In this document: piece after piece, positions 1-12,436 of the stretch | Layout: every line of letters begins with the position of its first letter | Numbering within the stretch: position 1 is the first letter of the stretch | Source of the DNA: Nemertoderma westbladi | Lineage: Eukaryota > Animalia > Xenacoelomorpha | DNA: 64,000 bases | NCBI GenBank assembly: GCA_032718475.1 | Contig: JAUCBJ010007488.1 | Coordinates: forward strand, 62,001 to 126,000 | Reading direction: 5' to 3' | Program-made: the position numbers and the translations under genes | The notes under the pieces: model-generated | The model's database searches: none | The model's input: the letters and a program-made list of their open reading frames with translations, nothing else | Told to the model about the DNA's origin: nothing

Positions 1-184
1 TAAGTTTTTTTTTACGTAGATACTAAATATACATTGTAATACTGTATTACTTCAATTTTCAATTTTCTTATTACTAAGAAAAAACGTTAAAAATTCGGGT
101 CTGTTTCTAGGCATTTTAACAGATATTTTCTTAAGTAATTCCCGAATTTTGGATTTTATACAATTTTTCGCGTCTTGTAAAGCC

Positions 185-1415
185 CTACTACTAGGATCGG
201 CATGCTGCATTGCAGCTGCATTTTTAAGAATGCTGTGCTGGCTTATCGACAAAATTGCACCGCCACAACTCCCTATCACCCATGACATCCGCGATCCCAA
301 GATCATCCGCATCTTCAAGGCCAGTGTCCTTTAAGATGCGTCTCAAGAAAGTCATGCCTGTCCACCATGCTTATTCAATCCATGAGGCTGCCAAAACACA
401 AGATTATGCACTGGCTGGTCCTCACAGCGAAAGCAATGTCCTGCAAAGCGGAGGCGATTTTGTTCTAGTCTCAAGCTTGGGGGAACCAATAAGACACCTC
501 CAATGTTATATAGTGTCTGGTTGGAGATGTGTGCATTATACTTGACACAATGAACCCGGCGTAGCATTCTTGTGAATGTGCCGTCCAGAGATTTGGTGTC
601 CTCAGCAGTTAGAGCCCAGCATGGACTCCCGTAGAGGAGTACTGGAACTACTGCTGCTCTAAATAATCGGACCTTAAGTTTCCGATTAATTCTCGTTGAC
701 TTCTAAATCCTGGAAAGCCTATTCAAGGCTGCCCATGCCTTTCCCTTACGAATTCGAAGGTCCTCACCTGACTTCCGGATCCATGATCCCAGGTAACAGA
801 AGTCATCCACATGCTCAAGCATACCATCTTTTGAGCTTATGCTCATCCGATCAGAGACTTGCTGAGGACTTTCAAAGTTAACTGTCAAAATTGTGGTATT
901 TCTGGAGTTAATAAAAAGACCAACACTAGAAACAGCATGTTCTAATGAGCTGAGGAGCGGTTGGGCTCCCTCTAGTGATTCTGAGAGTACTCCTAAGTCA
1001 TCAGCAAAGTCTAGATCAGTTAGGTACTTGGCAGGATTTCCTCGACTTCTGGAGCCAGTAGGTGGAGTTATCATCACCCCATCATCATTATAATGATCTA
1101 AGGACATGCGTAGAACATAGTCAACAACAATTATAAACAAGAATGGGGCAAGTGTGTCTCCCCAGAGGAAGCCCCATAACACTTCAAATGGTTCTGTGTC
1201 ACCGTCAACAGTAGACACAAATGTTGTCGAACCATCGTATACTGATCTGATTGCTGCAATAATTTCATCAGGAATCCCATATAATGAACGTAGGCTAAGC
1301 ATACGTGAGCGAGAGACTGAATCAAAGGCCTTGAAGAAGTCAACAAAGATAACAGCCAGATGCCTGTCGTTCTTTTTTGATAACTCTTCATTTATCCTTG
1401 TAAGTGCCAAACTTG
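185..1415 (-). pseudogene. 5'-truncated RTE-type non-LTR retrotransposon (RT and C-terminal region) with (TAG)n tail
   Basis: ORF 703..1467 has RT motifs FVDFFKAFDSV, GDTLAPFLFIIVVD and LDFADD. It continues in frame past a TAG at 703-705 into ORF 352..567 (RLRFAGHCFR, typical RTE C-terminus). The plus-strand ctactacta at 185-193 is the tail. The 5' boundary is approximate. Confidence 0.85.
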
Positions 1416-2515
1416 GCTCCATGGTCGCACGACCATGATCCCACGGTCCCACGACTCTACATATCATGGTACGTCATTATGAACCTATGGGATTGATCAC
1501 ACCCTTTGTTACTCCTTTATGTATTGAAGGTTGTGACTGATAAGCTTTCAGATAAATTGGAAAAGCTCTTAAGGAAAAGCCATGGTCTAACTGGAGTGTA
1601 AAAGCTTTTGCGGACATAACAAGTCATTTTTACGCAATGCGCTGAATACTCTAAAAAGCCCTAAAATTGTTCAACTACGCGTCGGTTAGAAATTAGAACC
1701 AAGATCGACGAAATCTGTCAGCTGATTCTTTGTGTATGTGGAGATTCCTTTGTTTGAGCCTATTCAGCCAATCAGAGCAATCTTCCGAGTTATGCCAATA
1801 GAGACCTACCTGTGGAAATTGGCGCATGCGCAGTTATAGTTTTTCTGAGAATCAGATTCCTCTCAGGATTCTGTGCTAAGTACGGACGTTTCAGACTTTG
1901 GCCCAAGAACATCTGATGGACAGAGTTATAAGAACATAAATCTATTAACCTGTTTTATGTTGCATACAAATCAAATCATACTAAACTTCATGAACACATA
2001 CTGACTGTTCACCGCACTGTTTTAATGCGATGGAATAATGCATTATGGAATGAATTTAAATTCTAGAATTATATCGAGAATTTTTTGCCGAGAATTTTTT
2101 TACTAGCTAGTAATAGATAGGATAGGAAAATAACTTTGAATGTCACTAGTGGTAAATAAAATTAAATTTATTGCGAGATTATAACAGTATTATAATATAT
2201 TTTTTTTATCTATATCTTTTTATCTTATCTTTTTATCTTATTATCTTTTTTATATTTTATATTTGGTTTATCAGGTCTCACATACAGACATACCGGACCG
2301 GTATCAGTTCATCACCCCGAATCTTGTGTTGCGTTTTATTCACACAACTTTTATGCTAAGCCTACCAACAGACCAACCATTTCGTTCAAACGGGGTGTAT
2401 GTGCGGGGAATAAACAAAATAATATACCCACAATACATTGGCCAGAATTGGCCAAATACTGTAATACTACCATTTATCCTACAAACTAACTGAACTTATA
2501 CTGTCTGACTGTTAT

Positions 2516-3637
2516 ATGATATTCGAGAAATTCCGCAACGATAAACACAACGCTGCAACGGATGCAACCTACAATCTGACAATGACGCCCCCTAACAATA
2601 AAGTAAAGGCGAAAAAAAATATGGCGTCATCGCGAAGATCTGAGATACCGGTACCGGACATGTCAAAGATGATTAGTTGCGACATATGTTCGGGTTTCTT
2701 TCTGGATGAAGCAACATACGAAAGCCACAATACTCACTGTCAGGGCTCAATCTTCGTAGAACCTCCCAGCGCCTGCAGCCACTGCAACAAATCTGTATCC
2801 GGCAACAATTGTTTAGGCTGCGAAATTTGTGGATCGTGGATCCATGCTGCTTGCCTCAAACTATCAAATGCTGAAATACAAATCCTAGCCAAATGCAAGA
2901 ACTGTAAAATCGTCTGTTCTCCCTGCGAGTCTAAAGGAAAACTATCGATAGAGGACGGCACCAGCCCCGGTCCTAAACAACTAGAGTCCATGATATCTAA
3001 CCTGAAATCTTCTCTAAAAGACGACTTCGATTTACTTAACAGTGAATTGATATCTCTTCGAAACAACAACAGTAGTTCCAACCATTGGACGACAGTCGAC
3101 GGAAAGAAAAAGAACAGCAATAACAGAGTCAACCAGCAGCATCAACCTCTGACGCTTGATGATGTCTCCCGAGAGGTGGGCGAACAGAAAAAGCGGCAGA
3201 ACAACTTAGTTATTCGGGGGTTTGCTCTACCCGAAGAATCTTCTGAGGATGTTCAATGCTTGACAACGTTCCTTCAGGATAACTTCGTAGTGGCTGCACC
3301 ACTGAAAAAAGTACTCTACAGACGCCCAGCAAGAACGGTCGATGGTGTCGACAAATGTTCCACTGTAATTGTGGAGCTCTCCTCTCTCGAGATCAAGTCC
3401 ACAATTCTCCGGAAAAAGTCAACACTGAAAGACTTGGCTTCTGGCATATATATCTCTCAGGACCTCACCCCCCTTCAATCAGAGCAAGCCTATCTACGGC
3501 GCAAATCGATCCGTGAGAATAGGAGACAAAGTACTTCAACCGAACCCCGGCGTTCTACCACCCGCCCAGCACAGAATGACACTGACACAGCTTCTGCTTC
3601 TGGTACTAATTCTGTACCGGTGCAGGGAAACCAGTAA
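2516..3637 (+). CDS. LINE ORF1 protein with C2HC finger, PHD finger, coiled coil and RRM/CTD-like region
   Basis: CDIC..H...C finger, PHD pattern CSHC-x8-CLGCEICGSWIHAAC...CSPC, and NNLVIRG / IYISQDLT motifs typical of CR1/L2-group ORF1. Confidence 0.85.
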   Translation: MIFEKFRNDKHNAATDATYNLTMTPPNNKVKAKKNMASSRRSEIPVPDMSKMISCDICSGFFLDEATYESHNTHCQGSIFVEPPSACSHCNKSVSGNNCLGCEICGSWIHAACLKLSNAEIQILAKCKNCKIVCSPCESKGKLSIEDGTSPGPKQLESMISNLKSSLKDDFDLLNSELISLRNNNSSSNHWTTVDGKKKNSNNRVNQQHQPLTLDDVSREVGEQKKRQNNLVIRGFALPEESSEDVQCLTTFLQDNFVVAAPLKKVLYRRPARTVDGVDKCSTVIVELSSLEIKSTILRKKSTLKDLASGIYISQDLTPLQSEQAYLRRKSIRENRRQSTSTEPRRSTTRPAQNDTDTASASGTNSVPVQGNQ

Positions 3638-3681
3638 AGGGAGGTCATCGCCAACCAGCTAACATAACACATGATCAATAT

Positions 3682-6474
3682 TTGAACTGCTGTTGCTTAA
3701 ATGCCCAGTCTACTAAGAATAAACTGCCTGATCTCGACGAATTCCTTAGTTCGCGCAGTATCGACGTCCTCGCGGTTACGGAAACCTGGTTAACTGATGC
3801 CGTAAACGACTCTGAGATTCAGAGTGATCCAAAGTATAAGGTAATCAGAAACGATCGTTCCTCTAAAATCGGCGGCGGTGTTCTTCTGTTGATTAGCGAC
3901 AAACTGAAATACGCGCGTGTCGAACTCCTGGATCCCGAATCAGAAATAGAATTTGTTGCTGTTGACATCCTCGGTGTCAACAAATCCCGGTTTATCTGTG
4001 CATATCGACCGCCATCACGACAACACAATTCTGCGTATGAAAGTAAACTTTGCGACACCCTTCAAACCCTTTGTGACGTCCCCTACCCATGCATTGTCAC
4101 TGGAGACTTCAATCTCCCGAGTTGGAACTGGAAAGACCTCAGTCACCCAGATTCAGATCTCTACAATGGATTCGAGAATTTCATCCTTGAAGCGAGTTTA
4201 AACCAGGTCCAGTTTGAACCAACCAGAGGTGCAAATGTTCTCGACTTGGTGTTTACATCCGATGAAGAGTTTGTATCAAATGTCACAGTAGATTTACCCT
4301 TCTCTACCAGCGATCATTCCATCGTTCTTTTCAATATCATTGACCCAAATTGTAGTTCTGGAAACATGGATGAGCCACCGGGATTCTACGACTTTAGCAA
4401 TGGCGACTACATAGGTTTTAATGATTATCTAAGGGAAATAGATTGGAGAGCTATTTATGGTCCATGCATTTCGGTCAACGATTTTTATAATTGTTTTAGC
4501 AAACAGCTAAAGGATGGCATCGATCGGTTTATTCCTTTCAAGGTTTTTACTCGCAAAAGAAAGAAAACGTATCCAAGTTATGTCAGAAAGCTCCAGAAAA
4601 CAAAACTGCTACTTTGGCGGCGGCGCAGTACTCCCGGTGGCCTGGAAGCCTACAGACGATCGGCGAAACAGGCGTCTCAGTCAGTGTACCGGGCAACGTG
4701 CGAGAAAGAATCGAAACTCTTAAACTCCGGCGACTCGAACGCGATCTTCAAATATATTAACTCTAAACGGAAGAAAGCCTCTGGGATCGGCCCTTTGAAG
4801 TATCAAGGAGATACGATAGTCGATAATGAAAAAAAAGCCGAGATTTTCGCCAAAGTTCTTTCGGAAAACTTCTCGGAAGACAACGGCACAATCCCGACGT
4901 TCCTTCGCAAAGTTCCAGACAACATCGGACTGTCATCGGTCGATCTGAGCCCCATTAGGGTTCTAACTATATTACGCCAGCTGCAGTCGAAGAAAAGTAG
5001 ATCACCGGATGGTCTGCCGTCCATTATCTTTGTTAAATTGGCGTGCGCCCTCGCCTCGCCTCTGTCTGTGATATTTAACGTCTCTCTTTCAACCCACACC
5101 CTACCGGACATCTGGTTGACCGCAGACATTATTCCACTGTTCAAGAAGGGGAACCCTGCAGACCCGTACAATTATAGACCCATCAGTCTCACCTGTATAT
5201 CTTGTAAAATTATGGAACGGTGCATAAAAAATGCTATTATTAATTATTTGTCAAGCCATGGAATTATTTCCAAGGCACAGCATGGTTTCCTTCAGCGTAA
5301 ATCAACCTGTACTCAGTTATTGGACTGCATTACAGATTGGTACAAATTAGTTGACCGTAAATATAATATTGATATTATTTATATTGATTACGCCAAAGCG
5401 TTCGATTCGGTAGTCACTTCGAAATTGTTTGCTAAATTAGAAAGTTACGGCTTTACAGGTGATTTATTGTTATGGCTTAAAGCGTTTTTAACAAATAGAA
5501 AGCATCGTATTTTAATCGGTAACACTTTTTCAGATTATTGTGCTGTTTTATCAGGTACAGTCCAGGGGAGTGTTTTAGGTCCTGTTCTTTTTTTACTATT
5601 TATTAACGACTTACCTGAATTGCTTTCACCTATTGATGTTAAACTTTTTGCTGATGATGTTAAACTCTACGCACCCACCACCGAATGTGACTCTTTAGCC
5701 AACGCCCTCAAATTGTTAGAGACATGGGCAAATGAGTGGCAGCTAGACGTTGCAGCTCATAAATGCACTGTTATACATGTTGGCGCATCAAACAGTAATT
5801 TTAATTATATTTTAAACGGTAATGTAATTAAGTGCGAAGATTTCTGCAAAGACCTTGGTATTATTGTTAGTGCTGATTTGAAGTTTAATAATTATTGTAA
5901 GAAGCAAGTTGCTAAAGCTTATAGGATAATAAATATGATATTTCGTAACATTAAATCGTGTAATAAATCGGCACTTTTAACGGCCTACAAGTCTATTGTT
6001 AGACCGGTTTTAGAGTACTGTACCCCTGTTTGGTCGCCCTTCACTAAGTATGGTATAAATTTAGTCGAACGAGTTCAACACTATTTTACACGCAGATTGT
6101 ATCGTCGGTGCAAATTAACTTATGTTTCATATTGTGACCGTCTAACCTGCCTGTCTCTACAACCCTTGGAGGTTAGGAGAATTATTTTCGACTTGAAAAT
6201 GGTGTACCGTATTTTTCACGGCCTTGTTGACCTTACGTTTAGTAACTACTTTTCACGTGCGCCAGTAAAAGGGCTACGTGGACACAGCTATAAACTTCAT
6301 ATTCCGTATTGCAGACTACAACTTTGTAAGAACTCTTTTAACTACCGCACTGTTCCATTCTGGAATTCTTTATCGCAAGATATTGTTGATGCTAAAAACC
6401 TACAAATTTTTTCTCGTAAATTATTAACGTTCGATTTCAAGTCACACTGTTCGGTCGACCATTGGTGCAAATAG
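3682..6474 (+). CDS. LINE ORF2: APE endonuclease plus reverse transcriptase
   Basis: APE motifs LNAQS, VTETWL, GDFNLP, LDLVF, SDH. RT motifs NYRPISLT, QHGF, DYAKAFDSV, QGSVLGP, FADDVK, KDLG. CR1-like tail LRGHSYKL...FNYRTVPFWNSL. 930 aa with no stop; no ATG near the start. Confidence 0.95.
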   Translation: MNCCCLNAQSTKNKLPDLDEFLSSRSIDVLAVTETWLTDAVNDSEIQSDPKYKVIRNDRSSKIGGGVLLLISDKLKYARVELLDPESEIEFVAVDILGVNKSRFICAYRPPSRQHNSAYESKLCDTLQTLCDVPYPCIVTGDFNLPSWNWKDLSHPDSDLYNGFENFILEASLNQVQFEPTRGANVLDLVFTSDEEFVSNVTVDLPFSTSDHSIVLFNIIDPNCSSGNMDEPPGFYDFSNGDYIGFNDYLREIDWRAIYGPCISVNDFYNCFSKQLKDGIDRFIPFKVFTRKRKKTYPSYVRKLQKTKLLLWRRRSTPGGLEAYRRSAKQASQSVYRATCEKESKLLNSGDSNAIFKYINSKRKKASGIGPLKYQGDTIVDNEKKAEIFAKVLSENFSEDNGTIPTFLRKVPDNIGLSSVDLSPIRVLTILRQLQSKKSRSPDGLPSIIFVKLACALASPLSVIFNVSLSTHTLPDIWLTADIIPLFKKGNPADPYNYRPISLTCISCKIMERCIKNAIINYLSSHGIISKAQHGFLQRKSTCTQLLDCITDWYKLVDRKYNIDIIYIDYAKAFDSVVTSKLFAKLESYGFTGDLLLWLKAFLTNRKHRILIGNTFSDYCAVLSGTVQGSVLGPVLFLLFINDLPELLSPIDVKLFADDVKLYAPTTECDSLANALKLLETWANEWQLDVAAHKCTVIHVGASNSNFNYILNGNVIKCEDFCKDLGIIVSADLKFNNYCKKQVAKAYRIINMIFRNIKSCNKSALLTAYKSIVRPVLEYCTPVWSPFTKYGINLVERVQHYFTRRLYRRCKLTYVSYCDRLTCLSLQPLEVRRIIFDLKMVYRIFHGLVDLTFSNYFSRAPVKGLRGHSYKLHIPYCRLQLCKNSFNYRTVPFWNSLSQDIVDAKNLQIFSRKLLTFDFKSHCSVDHWCK

Positions 6475-7197
6475 CCGTTTAACTTTTTACTTATTTATAT
6501 TATTTTTTAAACTATTTTTTTTAAGGTTTTGTATCCGTTGTGTGATTGTGTTTGTTATTTTTATTTCATTCCTACCTATTTTATTAAGTAATAACTTGAA
6601 ACTATTTTTATTACAATATTTATCACTATACTATACTGTATGTACACATATATTTACACTTAATTTCTCTTCTTTTAAAACATTTAAATCGCCCCTTTAA
6701 GTGCCTCGAGCCTGGGCGGCGATCTCCCTCGAAAAATTGTCGATTGCTTATATTTAGTATTTCTTAATTCTACTGTATTGGTTATACTATATATATTTTA
6801 ATGTATGTTATCGTGTATTAAATAAATAAATAAATAAATAAATAAATTTCGTACCGACTGGCGGTGCTTCATCAGATATAGGTAGGTTAACTAATACTAA
6901 TGATAAGGGTATAATATAATATAAAGGGAAACATATAAGTATGATTAATGACATTCAGATGTAAATACAGTAATTGTAATATTAATATAGCGATACTTAG
7001 GCATTCTGAATTCTGACTACGAGCACAGTGTAGGTCTATAGCAGCAATGACACGGTAACTGTAGAACTGTATGATAAATCTAATATGATTAGGTCTGTTA
7101 TAATTATATTGTATGTACAGTATAAAGTTGATGAGGAGTTATACATTGTAAACATTTGTAAACATTTTAGACCTCAACTTCTTCGAAAATTTGTAAC

Positions 7198-9680
7198 GTG
7201 CTGAACACGATCGATGATAACTCTCCAGCCAACCAGGGGAGGCTTCTCAATAGATGGCGTTCTATTACAGCCCAACCATTTAAGAATCTAATGCTCGTCA
7301 AGCCCACCAGGCCATGGCCGACGGTCAGTACCGTAATGCAGCACAGGCCCTTGTTTCTGAGGGACTTGCACAGGCCTCCGAAGAAACATACCAGGACATG
7401 CTCGGGAAGCACCTCCAAGGGCCCCCCCCCCCCCCCCCCTCTTCTTCCGACTGGCCCAGTACCCCCACCAGCCTCCTTCCGCCCAGAGGACATTGCCAAG
7501 GCTATCAAGTTTTTTTCCCCTGGCCCTTCAGAACTCCGCCCCAACCATCTGAAAGAAGCGATATCATCCCCATTGCCAGCCAAGGCCAACGAGGCCCTTT
7601 CTGCTATTTGTGCCATTACAAACCGCATGTCCTCAGGTCAGGTCCCGTCCTCGGTCCTCCCATACCTCTGTGGCGCCTCCCTATTCCCTGCAAAGAAGAA
7701 AGGTGGTGGTCTCCGTCCCATCGCCGTGGGGGAAACCTTGAGGAGGCTAACCTCCAAATGTCATGCAGCCACTGTTAACCAGAATGCTTCCAACATCCTC
7801 ACCCCCCTCCAGGTTGGTATCAGTACCCCCATTGGCTGCGAGGCCATAGTCCGAGCCGTCTCTTCTACCCTCAAAGACCACTCCATCCCAGCAGACAGCA
7901 AGTGGGTTCTTCTTGTCGACTTCAGCAACGCTTTTAATTCCCTCTACCACTCACAAATGTTTGCTGAAGTCAGGGAACACTTGCCCTCTCTTTCCGCATG
8001 GGTGGAGGCATGTTACGGTATCCAGGCTGTACTCTGGCTTGGTGACCAACAAATCTTCAGCTGCTCTGGCATCCAACAAGGTGATCCATTGGGCCCCCTC
8101 CTTTTCACCATAACTTTGCACCCAGTGGCCAAGACTATTTGGGCCAACGTCCCTTCTCTTATAATTAATGCAAGGTATTTGGACGATGGTTCACTGGTTG
8201 GTTCCCCAGACGACTTGTCAAAAGCCTTAGCCATATTAGAACAGGAAGGCCCCTTGAGACACCTTAAACTCAACAATGCCAAATCCCAAGTCTTTATCCC
8301 CGCTGGCTCCTCAGTTCAATCGAATCCACTACCACCCTCCATTCCCATCCTCTCCAATGGTCTAACCCTACTTGGTTCCCCGATTGGTTCCTCTCAACAC
8401 TGCAAGGAGACCATTATGCTAAGAGTAGCCAAAGTCCGCTCCATCACTGAACGCCTTCCTGACCTTCAGGATTCCCAGATGGAATCTACCCTCCTTCGAT
8501 CATGCCTTTCTTTACCCAAAGTAGTCTTTGCCCTCCGCTGCTGTCCCCCCTCCATGATTCCGGAATCCTCACTACAGTTCGATCTTGTCATGCGGGATAC
8601 CATCTCTGATCTGGTTGGGGGCTCCCTAAGTGATTGGTTGTACAACAAAGCTTGCCTTCCTGCCTCGATGGTTGGTCTGGGCCTTAGAAAAGCCATAAAC
8701 CATTCCCCGGCCGCATACATTGCTTCTGTCTCCTAGTCAGAAACCCTGGTCACTAGAATCCTAGGCAACTCGCCAGGTAACCGCCACCTCCCCTCTGCAC
8801 TAGCCTCCTTATCCAAGAACGCCGATAAACCAGATTGGACCTCATTGGAAGACCTTCCAACACCCATCACCCAACACAATCTATCCCACTCAGTTGACAT
8901 CTCCTCCCACGAACGGCTCCTGTCCTCTGCACCCGACAACAGATCCCAAGCCCTTGTACAATCCACTTCTCTTGGCCATGCTGGTGACTGGTTACATGCC
9001 ATTCCTTCTGAGTCCCTTGGTCTACATTTCCTGGACGCTGAGCACAGACTCTCCTTGTGTTACTGGTTAGGCGTCCGACCTCTAGCTCGGCTTCCTGTGC
9101 CTCTTGCTCCCTCCCTGCTGACCCATTTGGGGACCATCACGTTGGCTGTGGTGGGGACTCAGACAGGATTGCTCGCCACGACTCCCTCCGGGATGCCATT
9201 TTCTAAGCTTCACAATCTGCTGCTCAGGCGCCCCGGAAAGAAGTCCCTGGGTTGATTCCTGGCTCCCGTAGCAGACCGGCCGATATCTTCCTCCCCAACT
9301 GGAGACGGGGACAGCCCATGGCCCTGGACGTAACGGTGATCTCACCGCTTCAATTAACCATTAACTGCGCTGCGTCCACCCCAGGCTATGCCCTTACCGT
9401 TGCACGTGAACATAAGCTAGCCGCCCACCTCGATGAGTGCCGATCCTCAGGCGTGGGCTTCACCCCCTTGGCTCTTAAGGCTCTTGGGGGCTGGGACTCC
9501 CACTCCACCTCAATCATCTCCGAGATTGGGCGTCTGCAGAGTCTCCGTCGCAGTATCCCTGCCAAAGAAGCCGTCAGGCATCTACTCCAGCACCTGCCAG
9601 TGTGTCTCTGGCGAGGAAACGCCGCAATGTGGCTCCGTAGAAGCTCAAGCCTCCCTCCCTGGGTAGATGGCATCATGTAA
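7198..9680 (+). pseudogene. 5'-truncated CRE-like (restriction-like endonuclease) non-LTR retrotransposon
   Basis: RT motifs GGLRPIAVGETLRRL, VDFSNAFN, GIQQGDPLGPLLF, YLDDG. After a TAG (8734) and a frameshift come the knuckle CASC-x8-HHVGC, RHD, a TAA (~9204) and RLE motifs RPADIFLP...ALDVTV. Confidence 0.88.
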
Positions 9681-10014
9681 TCGTTTTCTTCCCCCAGTAT
9701 TTATATTGGGTTACCTTGAGAAACACCACCAGTATCGCTTCGCATCTTCCACACCTGATCTCCGACAAACATCATCATATAATCAACCGATCCGCTATAA
9801 ACATTGGTAGGCGCTTGGGATACTGCGTCTGGGGGGAAGGACGGTTGGTGACAATCCCACCCCAAAGTCGCAGCTGCGTGGAGAACTATCACAAATCAAA
9901 TAACTCGCAACATGATATTTAATTAATATTATTGATATTTATAATTTATGTTCATATTAAAACTTTGATAATGATTTAATATCCTATAATATTCGAATAT
10001 AGTTAAATAACTCT

Positions 10015-10555
10015 GATTTTAATGCTGTTTTATATTGTGTTAATTGCTGTTTATATTAATGGATGTTATATTTTGAGAATACCGATAAATAATCGTAAAC
10101 CCCTCAACTCTCTTAATTACTGAGGTAAGCAGAAGGGTCTACCTGTAGCAACTGTGACTCAAATTATAGTGGTTTTTGTGTGAATTAAATGCTATTTCAT
10201 AATCCCTACGTGTGTCAGTTGCAATCCTCCTTATATATGATAAAAATCAGTGACAGTCGGCAAATTTTTGTGAATTAGTATAAATTAGTGTGAAGTAGTG
10301 TGAAGTCGTATGAAGGTTAATAAAGCATCTCCTAAAGAATGCGCTATTTACGATACTCCGTAGCCATCTAGTTAGGATTAGTGGTAAGTCATAACTTTGC
10401 TTTATACTTAAAGTAGTGCCACGTCCCGAAGGAACTGTTAATATTTCTCCCCGAAAGTAAATATAGTTGTCAGAGATTATATAGTAGCGATCAATCGAAT
10501 AATACAAAGTAGTCTACACCGCAATACTTCCCAAGGAACCCGAATCCAGTCTCCC
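10015..10555 (+). mobile_element. Diverged partial LTR of the family at 32751 and 41639, in the opposite orientation
   Basis: Its reverse complement shares blocks such as tgtattattcgattgatc, aaatattaacagttc, ggacgtggc, gcgcattctttagga, ttttatcatatataa and aatagcatt with 32900-33430. Confidence 0.75.
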
Positions 10556-10579
10556 ACACCGTGGGTCATACTGTGTGTT

Positions 10580-12436
10580 AGTGTTGAAAAATATAGAGTG
10601 TTGAAAAATATCGAGTGTTGAAAAATATCGAGTGTTGAAAAATATCGAGTGTTGAAAAATATCGAGAGTAAAAATATCGAGTGTTGAAAAATATAGAATG
10701 TTGAAAAATATCGAGAGTAAAAATATCGATAGTAACAATTTTTTTAAATAAGGGTTGTATGATAATTTTTTTATTAAAAATGTTCTAGAACAACAATATT
10801 TATCAACATTTGGTAGCTTATAAGGTACGTGTTCTAATATAATATTTAACAATATTTATAATATTTATCAAAATTTATAGCTAGCTCTTCTTTTATAATA
10901 TTTATTAAAAAAAATAGCAAAAACTAGCTAGTATAATAAATCTGGTAAATGGGTAGCCAAGGTGTATTACATAATGCCATTCACTTGCACTGTTGTAACC
11001 CATGCACTGCAATATTGTTCCATAATTCTAAATAAAATGCTCAAGTAAAATGCAATATTTTTACTCTCGATATTTTTCAACACTCGATATTTTTCAACAC
11101 TCGATATTTTTCAACACTCGATATTTTTTAAACATTGGATATTTTTACTCTCTATATTTTTACTCTCGATATTTTTCAACACTCGATATCTTTACTCTCG
11201 ATATTTTTACTCTCGATATTTTTCAACACTCGATATTTTTCAACACTCGATATTTTTACTCTCGATATTTTTACTCTCGATATTTTTCAACACTCGATAT
11301 TTTTCAACACTCGATATTTTTCAACACTCGATATTTTTACTCTCGATATTTTTCAACACTCGATATTTTTACTCTCAATATTTTTCAACACTCGATATTT
11401 TTCAACACTCGTTATTTTCGATATTTTTCAACACTCGATATCTTTACTCTCGATATTTTTACTCTCGATATTTTTCAACACTCGATATTTTTCAACACTC
11501 GATATTTTTACTCTCGATATTTTTCAACACTCGATATTTTTCATCACTCGATATTTTTACTCTCGATATTTTTCAACACTCGATATTTTTACTCTCAATA
11601 TTTTTCAACACTCGATATTTTTCAACACTCGATATTTTTCAACACTCGATATTTTTACTCTCGATATTTTTCAACACTCGATATTTTTACTCTCAATATT
11701 TTTCAACACTCGATATTTTTCAACACTCGTTATTTTCGATATTTTTCATCTCGCGTTATTTTTACTCTCGATATTTTTCAACACTCGTTATTTTCGATAT
11801 TTTTCATCTCGCGTTATTTTTACTCTCGATATTTTTTAATCACATTAATTTTCAACACTTGTTATTTTTACTCTCGATATTTTTACTCTCGTTATTTTTC
11901 AACACTCGATATTTTTACTCTCAATATTTTTCAACACTCGATATTTTTCAACACTCGTTATTTTCGATATTTTTCATCTCGCGTTATTTTTACTCTCGAT
12001 ATTTTTTAATCACATTAATTTTCAACACTCGTTATTTTTACTCTCGATATTTTTACTCTCGTTATTTTTCAACACTCGATATTTTTACTCTCAATATTTT
12101 TCAACACTCGATATTTTTCAACACTCGTTATTTTCGATATTTTTCATCACTCGATATTTTTACTCTCGATATTTTTCAACACTCGATATTTTTACTCTTG
12201 ATATTTTTCAACACTCGATATTTTTACTCTCAATATTTTTCAACACTCGATATTTTTCAACACTCGTTATTTTCGATATTTTTCATCTCGCGTTATTTTT
12301 ACTCTCGATATTTTTTAATCACATTAATTTTCAACACTCGTTATTTTTACTCTCGTTATTTTTACTCTCGATATTTTTACTCTCGTTATTTTTACTCTCG
12401 ATATTATTCAAGTCTCGATATTTTTCACCATTACCG
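10580..12436. repeat. Inverted (foldback-like) array of 15/17-bp units
   Basis: The left arm (10580-10732) has gagtgttgaaaaatatc / gagagtaaaaatatc. The right arm (11053-12430) has the reverse complements gatatttttcaacactc / gatatttttactctc. An AT-rich spacer of ~320 bp separates them. Confidence 0.9.

Larger units (their letters stand above)
2280..6846 (+). mobile_element. Apparently full-length CR1-group LINE
   Basis: Two intact ORFs, an AT-rich 3' UTR with a GC stem (cgccc...gggcg, ~6690-6720) and a (TAAA)n tail at ~6818-6846. The 5' boundary is approximate and no TSD was identified. Confidence 0.85.

Noticed and set aside
1640-2110. Possible Helitron or other non-autonomous element ending in ctag
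   Set aside because: No convincing subterminal hairpin, TIR or second copy in the window to define it.
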